DNA of 64,000 nucleotides from NCBI GenBank assembly GCA_029821635.1, contig JALGSW010000002.1:8673-72672 (forward strand). Reading direction: 5' to 3'. A program made the translations under genes and the position numbers. The notes below the pieces were generated by a model that was not told where the DNA came from, did no database searches, and saw nothing but the letters and a program-made list of their open reading frames with translations. Position 1 is the stretch's first letter; the number at the start of each line of letters is the position of its first letter. This document shows, one piece after another, positions 30,180-39,169 of this stretch. The stretch comes from Candidatus Zipacnadia bacterium. GTDB taxonomy: Bacteria; Armatimonadota; Zipacnadia; Zipacnadales; UBA5352.

Positions 30180-30210
30180 CCTGTCAGATCGCGCTACAGG
30201 GAGTCGAGTG

Positions 30211-31195
30211 TCATATCGACTGTTCGCGCCCCGTGCGCGAGGCCTCGTACGCCGCCTCTGCCACCTGTAGCACGTAGAGCGCGTCATCCTCGCACACGAG
30301 CGGCTCGCGGCCCTGCTCGACCGCGTCGATGAAATTGCTCAGCAACTCCAGCGCGTACCCGCCCGCCCTCACCCGCTCGATCGCGACCTCCGTGGTCTCC
30401 GCGGGGTCTCCGAAGCCCTCCGTGCCGCTCCTCATGCGCAGCGTGAGCGGGCCGTGCGGGAAGTGTGACAGCCAGCCCTCCGAACCCTCCCACGCGGTCA
30501 TGAGTTGATAGTCCTCGTACTCGCCAGACGGGTTCAGCAGGTAGCCACACCGGATCGTGCCGATCGCCCCGCCCTCCAGCCGCACCGTGAGGCATGCCAC
30601 GTCCTCCACGCTGATTTGCTTGTCCGCGGTCCGGCACATCGCGCTGACCGCGACGATGCGCTCGCCGGTCACGAAGCGGGCGAGGTCGATCCAGTGGCAT
30701 CCGAGCCAGTAGAGGATGCCGCCGCCCGCGATCTCATCGGAGAAGCCCCACCAGTCCACGCCGCGCAGGGAGGCCTGCGAGGTGATCCAGTTCGCCTGGA
30801 ATGACCACAGTTCGCCGAGGGCACCCGCCGCGAGCAGCCGCCTGATCTCGCGCGCCGGTGCGCTCACATGCCTCGACGATCGCTCGCATCTCGGCGGCGG
30901 TGCGCGCGCCGGGCTTCTCCCCGTAGACCCACGTTCCGGCCTCCACGGCCTGCAGCGTGAGCCGGCCGGCAGCGCGGTTGCTCGTGAGCACGATCACCGC
31001 AGGCACGTCGGGACGGCCGAGCAACGCCTCCCAGTCTTCGACGAACTCGGCCTTCGGCATCTCCGCGGCGATGCTCCGCGCCTCCTCGGAGCCGGTGACG
31101 AGCAGCCGGTCGATGCCCTCGCATTGCGCGACATCCTTCATGTGCCCGCTCACGTGCCCGCCGCCATCGATGTACGCGCCCATCGTGATACTCAT
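30211..31195 (-). pseudogene. Gfo/Idh/MocA-family oxidoreductase, disrupted (frameshift, probable small internal deletion)
   Basis: The N-terminal Rossmann half (31195 down to ~30865, ...VYGEKPGARTAAEMRAIVEACERTGA) and the C-terminal half (30867..30211, REIRRLLAAGALGELWSF...) lie in different frames that overlap at 30860-30870. Confidence 0.7.
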
Positions 31196-31340
31196 CGCAG
31201 ATCCTCCGGCTTCCCGCGGCTTCGACCGTCCGCTGGCCCTTCGCGCCCGATGGCGCCGGTTCCTGCACGTGTGGAGGATGCGACGGGCAAGGGAACGAAG
31301 GAGGCCGAGCCGCAAGTCAGACTCGGGAGTGGTGAGTGAC

Positions 31341-33404
31341 ATGCGTTCGAAGACGTGGTCCGTTGTGACGGTGGCTCTTCTTCTCGTGACCTCCTGCTGC
31401 GCGGAGATCGATCTGCTTCCCGGAGCGTTCTTCGCCCCCGGGAACTTCGGCTCGCACGAACTGGAGCCGGGGCAGACGCGATTGCGCTGGGGCCGCGAGT
31501 TCCTGCTCTACGTGACCGAGCCGGGCGCGGTGACGATCACGATCGGCTGTGAGCGCGTCGGGCGCTACGAGGGTGAGGCGAAGCTGACCGTGCTCGGCCC
31601 GGACGGCGCAGAGCTGGCGACGGCTGCCGCCGCGGTGGGGGGGACTGCCGAGGCGACCTTCCAGGCAACGCAGGTCGGCCCCCACCATCTGCAGGTCGAT
31701 GCCGGGCGCAACGGCTTCACACTCGCCGCCGAGGGCGCGAAGTTGCTGATGCCCGCCGGCGCGGGCGGCCAGCCCTTCCACGGCGTGAGCCGCGCGGCGC
31801 CGGCCTACCTCTTCGTCCCTCCCGGCGCGAAGCAGTTCGGCATCGTTCTCTCGGGGCAGGGCACCGGCGAGACCGCGAAGGCGCACCTGCTTGCCCCCGA
31901 TGGCGCCGAGGTGGCGCTGCTCAACACCACCGGGAAGATGACGGACAGCGCGACGGTCGAAGTCCCGGCTGGCGCTGACGATTCCATCTGGGCGCTCACC
32001 ATCGAGCAGGGCGATGACGGCATGTTCGAGGACTTCGAGTTCACGGTCTCCGGCGACGTGAGCCCGTATGTCGCAGAGAAGCCCGAGGACCTGCTCTGCC
32101 CGGCCATGAGCGCATCCAGCGGGCGAGTGTCCCGCGAGCGCCGCGACCCGATCCTCCCGGTTGAGATCACGCTCTACGCGGACCTCGCGCAGTTCGGCGA
32201 TGCGTCGCTGCAGGTTGCGGCACACGCTGAGGACGGCCTCGAGGCGTGGAGTGAGACACTCACCGAAAGCGCAACGCGCACACTGACGCCGGCTCCGCAG
32301 GAGCGTCTGGCGGACGGCAAGTACGGGTGGACGGTCCGGATGCTGCAGGGCGGCGAGGAACTGAAGCGCTTCGAGGGCATGTGGTGGTACATCCCCGCGC
32401 CCGAGTACATCACCGATGATGGGACCACGCTCGTCAACGGTGAGCCCTTCTTCGCGCGCGGGCTCTACCACGTGGACCCCGAGGATTACGAGCTGGTGCG
32501 CGAGGCGGGCTTCAACGTCGTCCAGTGCCATGCGGACAACGTCGAGGCAGCGGAGACGGCGGGCCTCAAAACCGGCGTCGCGCTCTACTGGGGATCGCGT
32601 CCCGGCAGCGAAGCGTGGCGCGCGAAGGTCGATCGGCTGGTGGACAACGACTCGGTGTTCGCCTGGTGGATCCAGGATGAGCCGGATGGCGGGAGGATGT
32701 CCACCGATCTGCTGGCCGACTGCTACATGTACATCCGCGAGCACGACCCCAACCGGCCCGCGTACACCTGCCTGTGCGTCCCCGGCACCTATGAGAGCTA
32801 CGCACCTCAGACCGACATCGTGTCGATGGACGTGTACCCGATCGGCCGGAGTCCGCTCACGAGCATCTCCGACACCCTCGAGCACGCGCAGGACGTCATC
32901 CCGGGCCAGGTCCACTACTTCATCGGCCAAGTCTGGCCGTGGCCCAACAGCCCGAACGTGGCGCCGGCGCAGCACCGCTGCATGACCTACGTGGCGCTCG
33001 CGCACGGCGCGCGTGGCCTGTTCTGGTACTCCTTTCGCGACCCGAACTGGTTCCTTCCCGACGGCAACCCCGAGCTGTGGGCGGAGATGAAGCGCGTCAA
33101 TGACGAGCTGACCGTCCTCGAGCCGGCGCTGCTTGGCGCGAACCTGGGCGAGGCCACCTCCGAGGATGGCGCGATCCATGCCTCCGCCAGGCGCGCGGGA
33201 GACGAGCTGTTCGTGATCGCGGTCAACCCGACGGAGGAGACGGTCTCCGGACGCGTGCTGCTGTCCGAGGTCGCGCCGGAGCTGACGTGCTCCGCGACCG
33301 CGACTGCGATCTTCGAGGACCGCGAGGTCGCGGTGGCTGATGGCGCGATCAGCGACGACTTCGAGCCGCTTGCGGTGCACGTGTACAGGCTCACGGTGCA
33401 GTAG
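31341..33404 (+). CDS. secreted glycoside-hydrolase-like protein (clan GH-A-type TIM barrel in C-terminal half)
   Basis: The ATG at 31341 gives signal peptide MRSKTWSVVTVALLLVTSCCA. Motifs LVNGEPFFARGLYH, FAWWIQDEPDGG and MDVYPIG fit a GH-A barrel. The ORF-track start at 30957 is antisense to the neighbouring gene and is rejected. Confidence 0.65.
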   Translation: MRSKTWSVVTVALLLVTSCCAEIDLLPGAFFAPGNFGSHELEPGQTRLRWGREFLLYVTEPGAVTITIGCERVGRYEGEAKLTVLGPDGAELATAAAAVGGTAEATFQATQVGPHHLQVDAGRNGFTLAAEGAKLLMPAGAGGQPFHGVSRAAPAYLFVPPGAKQFGIVLSGQGTGETAKAHLLAPDGAEVALLNTTGKMTDSATVEVPAGADDSIWALTIEQGDDGMFEDFEFTVSGDVSPYVAEKPEDLLCPAMSASSGRVSRERRDPILPVEITLYADLAQFGDASLQVAAHAEDGLEAWSETLTESATRTLTPAPQERLADGKYGWTVRMLQGGEELKRFEGMWWYIPAPEYITDDGTTLVNGEPFFARGLYHVDPEDYELVREAGFNVVQCHADNVEAAETAGLKTGVALYWGSRPGSEAWRAKVDRLVDNDSVFAWWIQDEPDGGRMSTDLLADCYMYIREHDPNRPAYTCLCVPGTYESYAPQTDIVSMDVYPIGRSPLTSISDTLEHAQDVIPGQVHYFIGQVWPWPNSPNVAPAQHRCMTYVALAHGARGLFWYSFRDPNWFLPDGNPELWAEMKRVNDELTVLEPALLGANLGEATSEDGAIHASARRAGDELFVIAVNPTEETVSGRVLLSEVAPELTCSATATAIFEDREVAVADGAISDDFEPLAVHVYRLTVQ

Positions 33405-33419
33405 CCCGACAGCCCCGCA

Positions 33420-33456
33420 CAGATACGAACAGGCCCGCCGGTTTCCCGGCGGGCCT
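33420..33456. repeat. GC-rich hairpin element copy C (bidirectional terminator position)
   Basis: On the minus strand it reads GGCCCGCCGG-GAAA-CCGGCGGGCC followed by TGTTCGTATCTG, sharing both the stem and the 3' tail with copy B. It lies between convergent genes ending at 33404 (+) and 33482 (-). Confidence 0.6.
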
Positions 33457-33481
33457 GTGTGTGTTGGTCGGCAGTCGCGCG

Positions 33482-35575
33482 TCAGTCGCCCAGCAGTTCG
33501 CGGGCCTTCTGCGCGATGTGCTCGCCGGTGAGGCCGAAGAGCTTCACCAGCTCCCACGGCTCGCCGGACTCGCCGAAGCGGTCCTGCACGCCCACCATCG
33601 CCAGCTTCAGGGACCGGTCGAGGTCCCCCTCACAGATGACGCCCGCGACACGGTTGCCCATGCCGCCGACTTGATGCTCCTCGGCGGTGATGACCACGCC
33701 GGTGTCGGCGGCCGCTGCGATGACCGCCGCGCGGTCGATCGGCTTGACCGTGTGCAGGTTCACCACGCGCGTCTCCACGCTGAACTCCTCTTTGAGGATC
33801 ACGGCCGCGCGCATCGCCTCAGGCACCATCGGCCCGCAGGCGATGATCGCGAGGTCCTCGTCCTCGGAGGTGTAGTCGCTGGAGAGCACCGTCTCGAATG
33901 CGTCCACGAACTGCTCGGCGGCGCCGCGGTAGCGGATCACGTTGGCGACGCCCGGCTCGAAGGGCGTCTCGTCCTTCGTCGCTACCGGCGTCGCCTCGCG
34001 GGCGAAGCGGATGACGGTCGGAGAGCCGTTGACGGCGGCCGCGCGCGTCGCTTTGGCGGTCTCGATGGAGTCGCAGGGGACGTACATCACGAAGCCGGGG
34101 ATGGCGGTGATGAGCGATATCTCCTCAAGCGCCTGATGCGTGGCGCCGTCGGGACCGACGGAGATGCCGCCGTGCGCGTCCGCGATTTTCACCGGCAGGT
34201 TGCTGTAGGCGACCGTGGTGCGGAGCTGGTCCCAGTTGCGGCCGGTGACGAAGACGCCGTAGGAGCCGATGAACGGGATGCGGTCCTCCAGCGCGAAGCC
34301 CGCTGCGACGCTGGTCATGTTGGCCTCGGCGATGCCGCAACTGATGAAGCGGCGCATCCGGTCTGGGTCCTCGTTCTTCCCATCGGGCTGGTAGAAGCGG
34401 TCCATGCGGATTGAGTCGGTGATGTCCGCGCCATGAGCGACCACGCGCTCGTCCGCGCCAAGCTCGCCGATGCCGATGCCGAAACCGTTGCGGGTGGCGT
34501 CCATCGTGGCCGCCATACCTTCGCCCTCGTTCCACCACCAGTTGCGCCCGAACTTCGGCACGGCCTCGTCGGCCTTCTGTGTGCCGAAGCGGCCATACTC
34601 CTCCGCGAAGGCGAGGAGCTCATCCACGCGCTCGGTGGAGAAGATGTCCGTGACGCCGATACACTCCAGCGCGCGGTCCAGTGATTCCTCGCCCGAGCGG
34701 CCATCCTTGGGCGGCACACCGTGGTAGCCGACGACGTTCTCGGCGAAGTCCACACATTTGCCCTTGATCGTATTGGCAAGGATGAGCGCCGGTCGCCCAT
34801 GCACTGCGTCCGCCCGCTCGAGACCGGCGAGGATGTCGCCCATGTCATGGCCGTCGATCTCGAAGACCTGCCAGCCGAAGGCCTCGTACTTGCTGGCCAG
34901 CGACTGCACGTCGCAGATCTCGGCGGTGGGCCCGTCGATCTGCAGACCGTTGTCGTCGATGATCGCGACGAGGTTGTCGAGGGCGTGGTGCGAAGCGAAC
35001 ATCGCCGCCTCCCAGATCGAACCCTCCTGCTGCTCGCCATCGCCCATGATGCAGAAGCAGCGGTGCCCGCGATCCCGGAGCTTCGCGTCCAGCGCCGCGC
35101 CGCAGGCGACGCCGAGGCCCTGTCCGAGCGAGCCGGATGAGACCTCGATGCCGGGGAGCTTGTGGCAGTTGGGGTGGCCCTCGAAGGGGGAGCCGAGCTT
35201 GCGCAGAAGCACGCACTGCTCGCGCCCGGGGATGTCCGCGAACTGCGCGATGGGCTCACCGTGCCAGGTGACGGACATATCATCGAAGTAGCCCGCTACG
35301 CCCAGCGTGGCGTAGATGGCTGGAGCCTTGTGCCCGGCGGACCAGTAGACGCGGTCGCGTCCCTCCCAGGACGGATCCAACGGGTCGTGGTTCATGTGCT
35401 GCAGGTATAGGGCGGCGGCGATGTCGGCGATCGACATAGTGCCGCCGGTGTGTCCACTGCCTGCGGCGTGAAGTGCGATCATCACCAAAGCGCGTATCTC
35501 CTGGGCGGCGCCCTCCAGGTCGGCGACGCTCAGTCTCCGTCGCGGCTCTCCAGTCTGTGAGTTGAGCAGTGGCAT
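33482..35575 (-). CDS. tkt: transketolase (single-chain, N- and C-terminal halves fused)
   Basis: 697 aa. The ThDP-binding region includes AAGSGHTGGTMSIADI and GDGEQQEGSIWEA. The pyrimidine-binding half includes CGIAEANM. Confidence 0.88.
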   Translation of the reverse strand: MPLLNSQTGEPRRRLSVADLEGAAQEIRALVMIALHAAGSGHTGGTMSIADIAAALYLQHMNHDPLDPSWEGRDRVYWSAGHKAPAIYATLGVAGYFDDMSVTWHGEPIAQFADIPGREQCVLLRKLGSPFEGHPNCHKLPGIEVSSGSLGQGLGVACGAALDAKLRDRGHRCFCIMGDGEQQEGSIWEAAMFASHHALDNLVAIIDDNGLQIDGPTAEICDVQSLASKYEAFGWQVFEIDGHDMGDILAGLERADAVHGRPALILANTIKGKCVDFAENVVGYHGVPPKDGRSGEESLDRALECIGVTDIFSTERVDELLAFAEEYGRFGTQKADEAVPKFGRNWWWNEGEGMAATMDATRNGFGIGIGELGADERVVAHGADITDSIRMDRFYQPDGKNEDPDRMRRFISCGIAEANMTSVAAGFALEDRIPFIGSYGVFVTGRNWDQLRTTVAYSNLPVKIADAHGGISVGPDGATHQALEEISLITAIPGFVMYVPCDSIETAKATRAAAVNGSPTVIRFAREATPVATKDETPFEPGVANVIRYRGAAEQFVDAFETVLSSDYTSEDEDLAIIACGPMVPEAMRAAVILKEEFSVETRVVNLHTVKPIDRAAVIAAAADTGVVITAEEHQVGGMGNRVAGVICEGDLDRSLKLAMVGVQDRFGESGEPWELVKLFGLTGEHIAQKARELLGD

Positions 35576-35858
35576 CGTCGTACTCCTCCCTCCATGGGAT
35601 CCGCGCGTGTGCGCGATAGTCGTCGCGTCTCGTGTGTGGCCCGGGCCGGAGCCTGCTGCCTGCCGCCCCGCCCGTGCGGCGCGGGGCAGCGCCAGACGGC
35701 TGTATGCGTGGCTTTCACAGTGTGCATCGGGTCAATTCACCCCCGCGCCGTCAATCTCCTTGTTCGGCGCGGAAATCCGCCGGCGGCGGAAGCTCAACGA
35801 CCCATCCGCGGCACTTTCTGTGCAGGGCATCGCGCGTCGCAACGCGAAACGCTCCGCC

Positions 35859-36701
35859 ATGTCTGACACGCGAGCCGACCTCGGCCAGTTCTTCACTCCA
35901 CGCGCGGTCGTGGAGTTCGCGCTGAGCGCGCTTGCTGAGCTCGGCGCTCCGATGGACGCCGCGCGCGTCTGCGACCCGGCCTGCGGCCCCGGCGAGTGGT
36001 TGCGGGCAGCGCTGCAGGCCGGAGCGCGTGAGGCCGTCGGCATCGACTGCGACCCGGTGATGCCCGGGCACTGGCGCGACAGCGGCCTCGCGGACGACCC
36101 CCGAGCCCTCCTGGCGGTCGCGGACGGCCTCGATCCGTCGTTGACGCTGTGCGAGCGCGCGGACGTAGTGCTGGGCAACCCACCGTTCGGCACGGAGCTC
36201 GCGGCCGTCAGCGAGTCAGCGCTCGCCGGGCTTGCGGCGCACTACCGGCTCCCCTCACTCCGCCGGCCGGCGCTGCCCGGCACGGGCGTGTCGGCCGCAG
36301 ACCTCAAGCGACTGCGCCGCTTCCCCGCGGAGCTGCTGTTCCTCGAACGGTTCGTGGAGCTGTGCCGCCCCGGCGGCCGGATCGCCATCGTGCTCCCCGA
36401 AGGCGCCTTCTCCAACAACCGCTGGCGCCATGTGCGCCGGTGGCTGCTCGAGGAGCTGACCGTGCACCTCGTCGCGGCGCTGCCGAGAGCCACCTTCCGC
36501 GCGCACGCGACGGCCGCCCGCACCTGCCTCGCGATCATGCGCCGCGAGCCGCCCCCGGCGGGCCACGAAGTCCGGCTGTGCGCGGTGGATGACTGCTCGC
36601 CGGAGGCGTTCGCGCGCCTGTTGGAGCTGCTAAAACGCGATCCCGCCGTCGAGACGCAGTCCGGGGGCCTCGACCTCACCCCGCCGATCTTCGCAGACTG
36701 A
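35859..36701 (+). CDS. N6-adenine-type SAM-dependent methyltransferase (HsdM/Eco57I-like core), orphan
   Basis: 280 aa from the ATG at 35859. It begins GQFFTP. Motif I is VCDPACGPGEWL, motif IV is VLGNPPFG, and the core continues ELLFLERFVELCRPGGRIAIVLPEGAFSN. The ORF-track start at 35562 overlaps the tkt start region and is rejected. Confidence 0.75.
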   Translation: MSDTRADLGQFFTPRAVVEFALSALAELGAPMDAARVCDPACGPGEWLRAALQAGAREAVGIDCDPVMPGHWRDSGLADDPRALLAVADGLDPSLTLCERADVVLGNPPFGTELAAVSESALAGLAAHYRLPSLRRPALPGTGVSAADLKRLRRFPAELLFLERFVELCRPGGRIAIVLPEGAFSNNRWRHVRRWLLEELTVHLVAALPRATFRAHATAARTCLAIMRREPPPAGHEVRLCAVDDCSPEAFARLLELLKRDPAVETQSGGLDLTPPIFAD

Positions 36702-36809
36702 CGCATCGGCTCAAGTCGCGGACGGTCCCGCCGTTAAAGTGCGGTGAGCGCACCGTCGCTGCGGCGTGCGCGCGCAGACAGCCTGCCGCGTGTTGCTGAG
36801 GTGAACGGG

Positions 36810-37217
36810 ATGGCTCACGCCACGCTGATGGCCGCCCCGCCGGTAGACAAGTCGGTCGAAGTGCTGTTCGTCGATGACAACGCCGCGCAGCGGGAGATGT
36901 ACCGCAGGCGGTTGGAGCGAGCGGGCTATCGTGTGAGGCTTGCGGACAGCGCTGAATCAGCCGCCGACCAAGTGCGCGCCAGGCGGCCGCAGGTGGTCGT
37001 GCTCGACATCGCCATGCCGGGCCGGGACGGGCTGAGCGCGCTGCAGGAACTGCTGGACATTGCGCCCGCGCTGCCGGTGATCATCAACACGGCCTATCCT
37101 GCCTTCACCGACAACTTCCTCGCTTGGGCGGCCGATGCATACGTAGAGAAGACGTCGGAGATCGCGCCGCTGCTGCGCGCGATCCGTGGCGCGACCGCTG
37201 AGGGCTCGGCAAGCTGA
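36810..37217 (+). CDS. stand-alone response regulator receiver (CheY-like)
   Basis: It has the acidic pair VDD, a phospho-acceptor context VVVLDIAMPGRDG, and the conserved INTAY and VEKT motifs. No output domain is present. Confidence 0.85.
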   Translation: MAHATLMAAPPVDKSVEVLFVDDNAAQREMYRRRLERAGYRVRLADSAESAADQVRARRPQVVVLDIAMPGRDGLSALQELLDIAPALPVIINTAYPAFTDNFLAWAADAYVEKTSEIAPLLRAIRGATAEGSAS

Positions 37218-37285
37218 AATCCGCGCAGTTACATATTCTGTCACACTGAGGGCGGCGCCATGCCCAATGGCTCCTCTTCGCGTGG

Positions 37286-37315
37286 TTGACCGACACCTCC
37301 TCAAGGTGCTATCAT
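37286..37315 (+). promoter_or_regulatory. sigma70-like promoter for the histidine kinase gene
   Basis: TTGACC (37286-37291), an 18-nt spacer, then TATCAT (37310-37315), in an AT-richer spacer. The TTG used as the ORF-track start is the -35 box. Confidence 0.45.
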
Positions 37316-37387
37316 CCCAACAGTACCGATTCTGCCACAATTCCCGTCATTCATACTCGATACATTGGTCCGCTCGGAGGCGGAACG

Positions 37388-39130
37388 TTGAAAACTGAAG
37401 TGAAAATCATCATCTACTCAGTTTTCCTCGGCCTCTGCATCTGGCTAGTGGACGCCATTTTCTACCTCCGCTACACCGCGGATGTGAGCTTCGCGGGGGC
37501 GTTGCTCACTCGGGTGCCTGCCCACGAACTCTACGTGCGCGCCTTCGTACTGGTCGCTCTGGTCGTCTTCGGCTGGATCATCGGCTCGACGGCGGCGAGG
37601 GGGCGGAGCGCCGAGCGCGGGATGCGCAGGGCCGAACAGCGACTCGACCTGATTCTCGAGTCGGCCTTTGAGGGCGTCTTCGGTATTGACCTCCAGGGAC
37701 GGTTCACCTTCGTCAATGAGGCCGCCGGCAACTTGCTGGGCTACGCGTCGTCCGAGTTGATCGGGCGTGACATGCACGAGTTGACCCACCACACGCATTC
37801 AGACGGGCGCTCCTATGCCGCGGAGGACTGCCCGATATTGCACCCGACTGAGGATGACGGCGCGGCTCGCGTGACCGACGAGGTTTTCTGGCGGCGCGAC
37901 GGCAGCAGCATCCCCGTGCACTACTCGGCGCGGCCAATCCGCGACGGTGGCACACTCCGGGGCACGGTGGTGGTGTGCCGCCGCGTCCGCCCCGACGAGG
38001 CGGCGCAGGAGGAGCTCGAGCGCCTGAGGCGGCTCAGTCAGCTCATCCTCACCTGGGCGGGAGAGGGCATCTTTGGAATCGACCTCGACGGGCGCATCAC
38101 CTTTGCGAACCCCGCGGCCGCGGTGATGCTCGGCTACGAGAGCGAGGACCTGATCGGCCGGGAGGCGCATCCGCTCATCCAGCACTCCCGCGAGGATGGC
38201 GAGCCGCACCCGCAGAACCAGTCGCTGATCTACGCGGCCTTCGAGGACGACGACGTCTACCACGTCAGCGACGAGGTGTTCTGGCGCAAGAGCGGCGAGA
38301 GCTTCCCTGCGGAGTACACCTCCACGCCGCTGCGCGAGGGCGGCCGCCTGGTCGGCGCCGTCGTCGTCTTCAAGGACATCACCGAGCGCAAGTTAGCCGA
38401 ACGGGACCTGCGAGATACGCTTCATGAGCTCGCGCGCTCAAACCGCGAGCTGGAGACGTTCGCGTACGTGGTCTCGCATGACCTGCAGGAGCCGCTGCGG
38501 ATGGTGCAGAGCTACGTGCGGCTCCTCGAGCAACGCTACGGCGAGAGGCTCGACCAGGATGCGCGCGAGTTCGTCGAGTTTGCTGTTGACGGCACGAAGC
38601 GGATGCAGGGGATGATCGATGACCTCCTGCGCTACGCGCGCGTGGGCAGCCGTGGGGGCGCACCGAAGAGCGTTGATCTCAGCGAGGTGCTCGGCGAGGC
38701 GTTGTCCAACCTGCAGGTGTCGATCGACGATGCCGGCGCGACGGTCGATGCCGGTGAGCTGCCGACGCTCGAGGTCGACCGCCGGCAGATGGTGCAGGTC
38801 TTCCAGAATCTGATCGGTAACGCGATCAAGTTCAGCGGCGACCAGCCACCGAAGGTCTCGATCAACGGCGAGCTCCGGAACGGATCGTGGGTGATCGCCG
38901 TCAAGGACAACGGGATTGGCATTCCCCAGAAGCAGGGCGAGCGCGTCTTCGCGCTTTTCCAGCGACTGCATGGCCCGGACGCGTACCCGGGCACGGGGAT
39001 CGGTCTCGCGATCTGCAAGAAGATCATCGAGAAGCACGGCGGCTCCATCTGGGTCGGATCGGCGCCCGGCGAGGGATCAACCTTCTTCTTCTCTCTCCCG
39101 GCACGCACCGGCGTACGGATTTCCGCATAG
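37388..39130 (+). CDS. membrane-anchored PAS-PAS sensor histidine kinase
   Basis: The probable TTG start at 37388 is 7 nt after GGAGG; GTG 37400 is an alternative. Two N-terminal TM helices and two PAS modules are followed by the H-box FAYVVSHDLQEPLRMV, the N-box QNLIGNAIKF and G-boxes DNGIGI and GTGIGLAICKKII. Confidence 0.9.
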   Translation: MKTEVKIIIYSVFLGLCIWLVDAIFYLRYTADVSFAGALLTRVPAHELYVRAFVLVALVVFGWIIGSTAARGRSAERGMRRAEQRLDLILESAFEGVFGIDLQGRFTFVNEAAGNLLGYASSELIGRDMHELTHHTHSDGRSYAAEDCPILHPTEDDGAARVTDEVFWRRDGSSIPVHYSARPIRDGGTLRGTVVVCRRVRPDEAAQEELERLRRLSQLILTWAGEGIFGIDLDGRITFANPAAAVMLGYESEDLIGREAHPLIQHSREDGEPHPQNQSLIYAAFEDDDVYHVSDEVFWRKSGESFPAEYTSTPLREGGRLVGAVVVFKDITERKLAERDLRDTLHELARSNRELETFAYVVSHDLQEPLRMVQSYVRLLEQRYGERLDQDAREFVEFAVDGTKRMQGMIDDLLRYARVGSRGGAPKSVDLSEVLGEALSNLQVSIDDAGATVDAGELPTLEVDRRQMVQVFQNLIGNAIKFSGDQPPKVSINGELRNGSWVIAVKDNGIGIPQKQGERVFALFQRLHGPDAYPGTGIGLAICKKIIEKHGGSIWVGSAPGEGSTFFFSLPARTGVRISA

Positions 39131-39169
39131 TCCCACATCACCTGAGCGCGCTCGCGGAGAGACTGAGCC

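Noticed and set aside
37286-37387. TTG at 37286 as the histidine kinase start codon.
   Set aside because: This TTG is part of a TTGACC -35-like box, followed 18 nt later by TATCAT. The 34 codons after it are AT-rich and non-hydrophobic. A TTG at 37388, preceded by GGAGG, starts right at the first TM helix.
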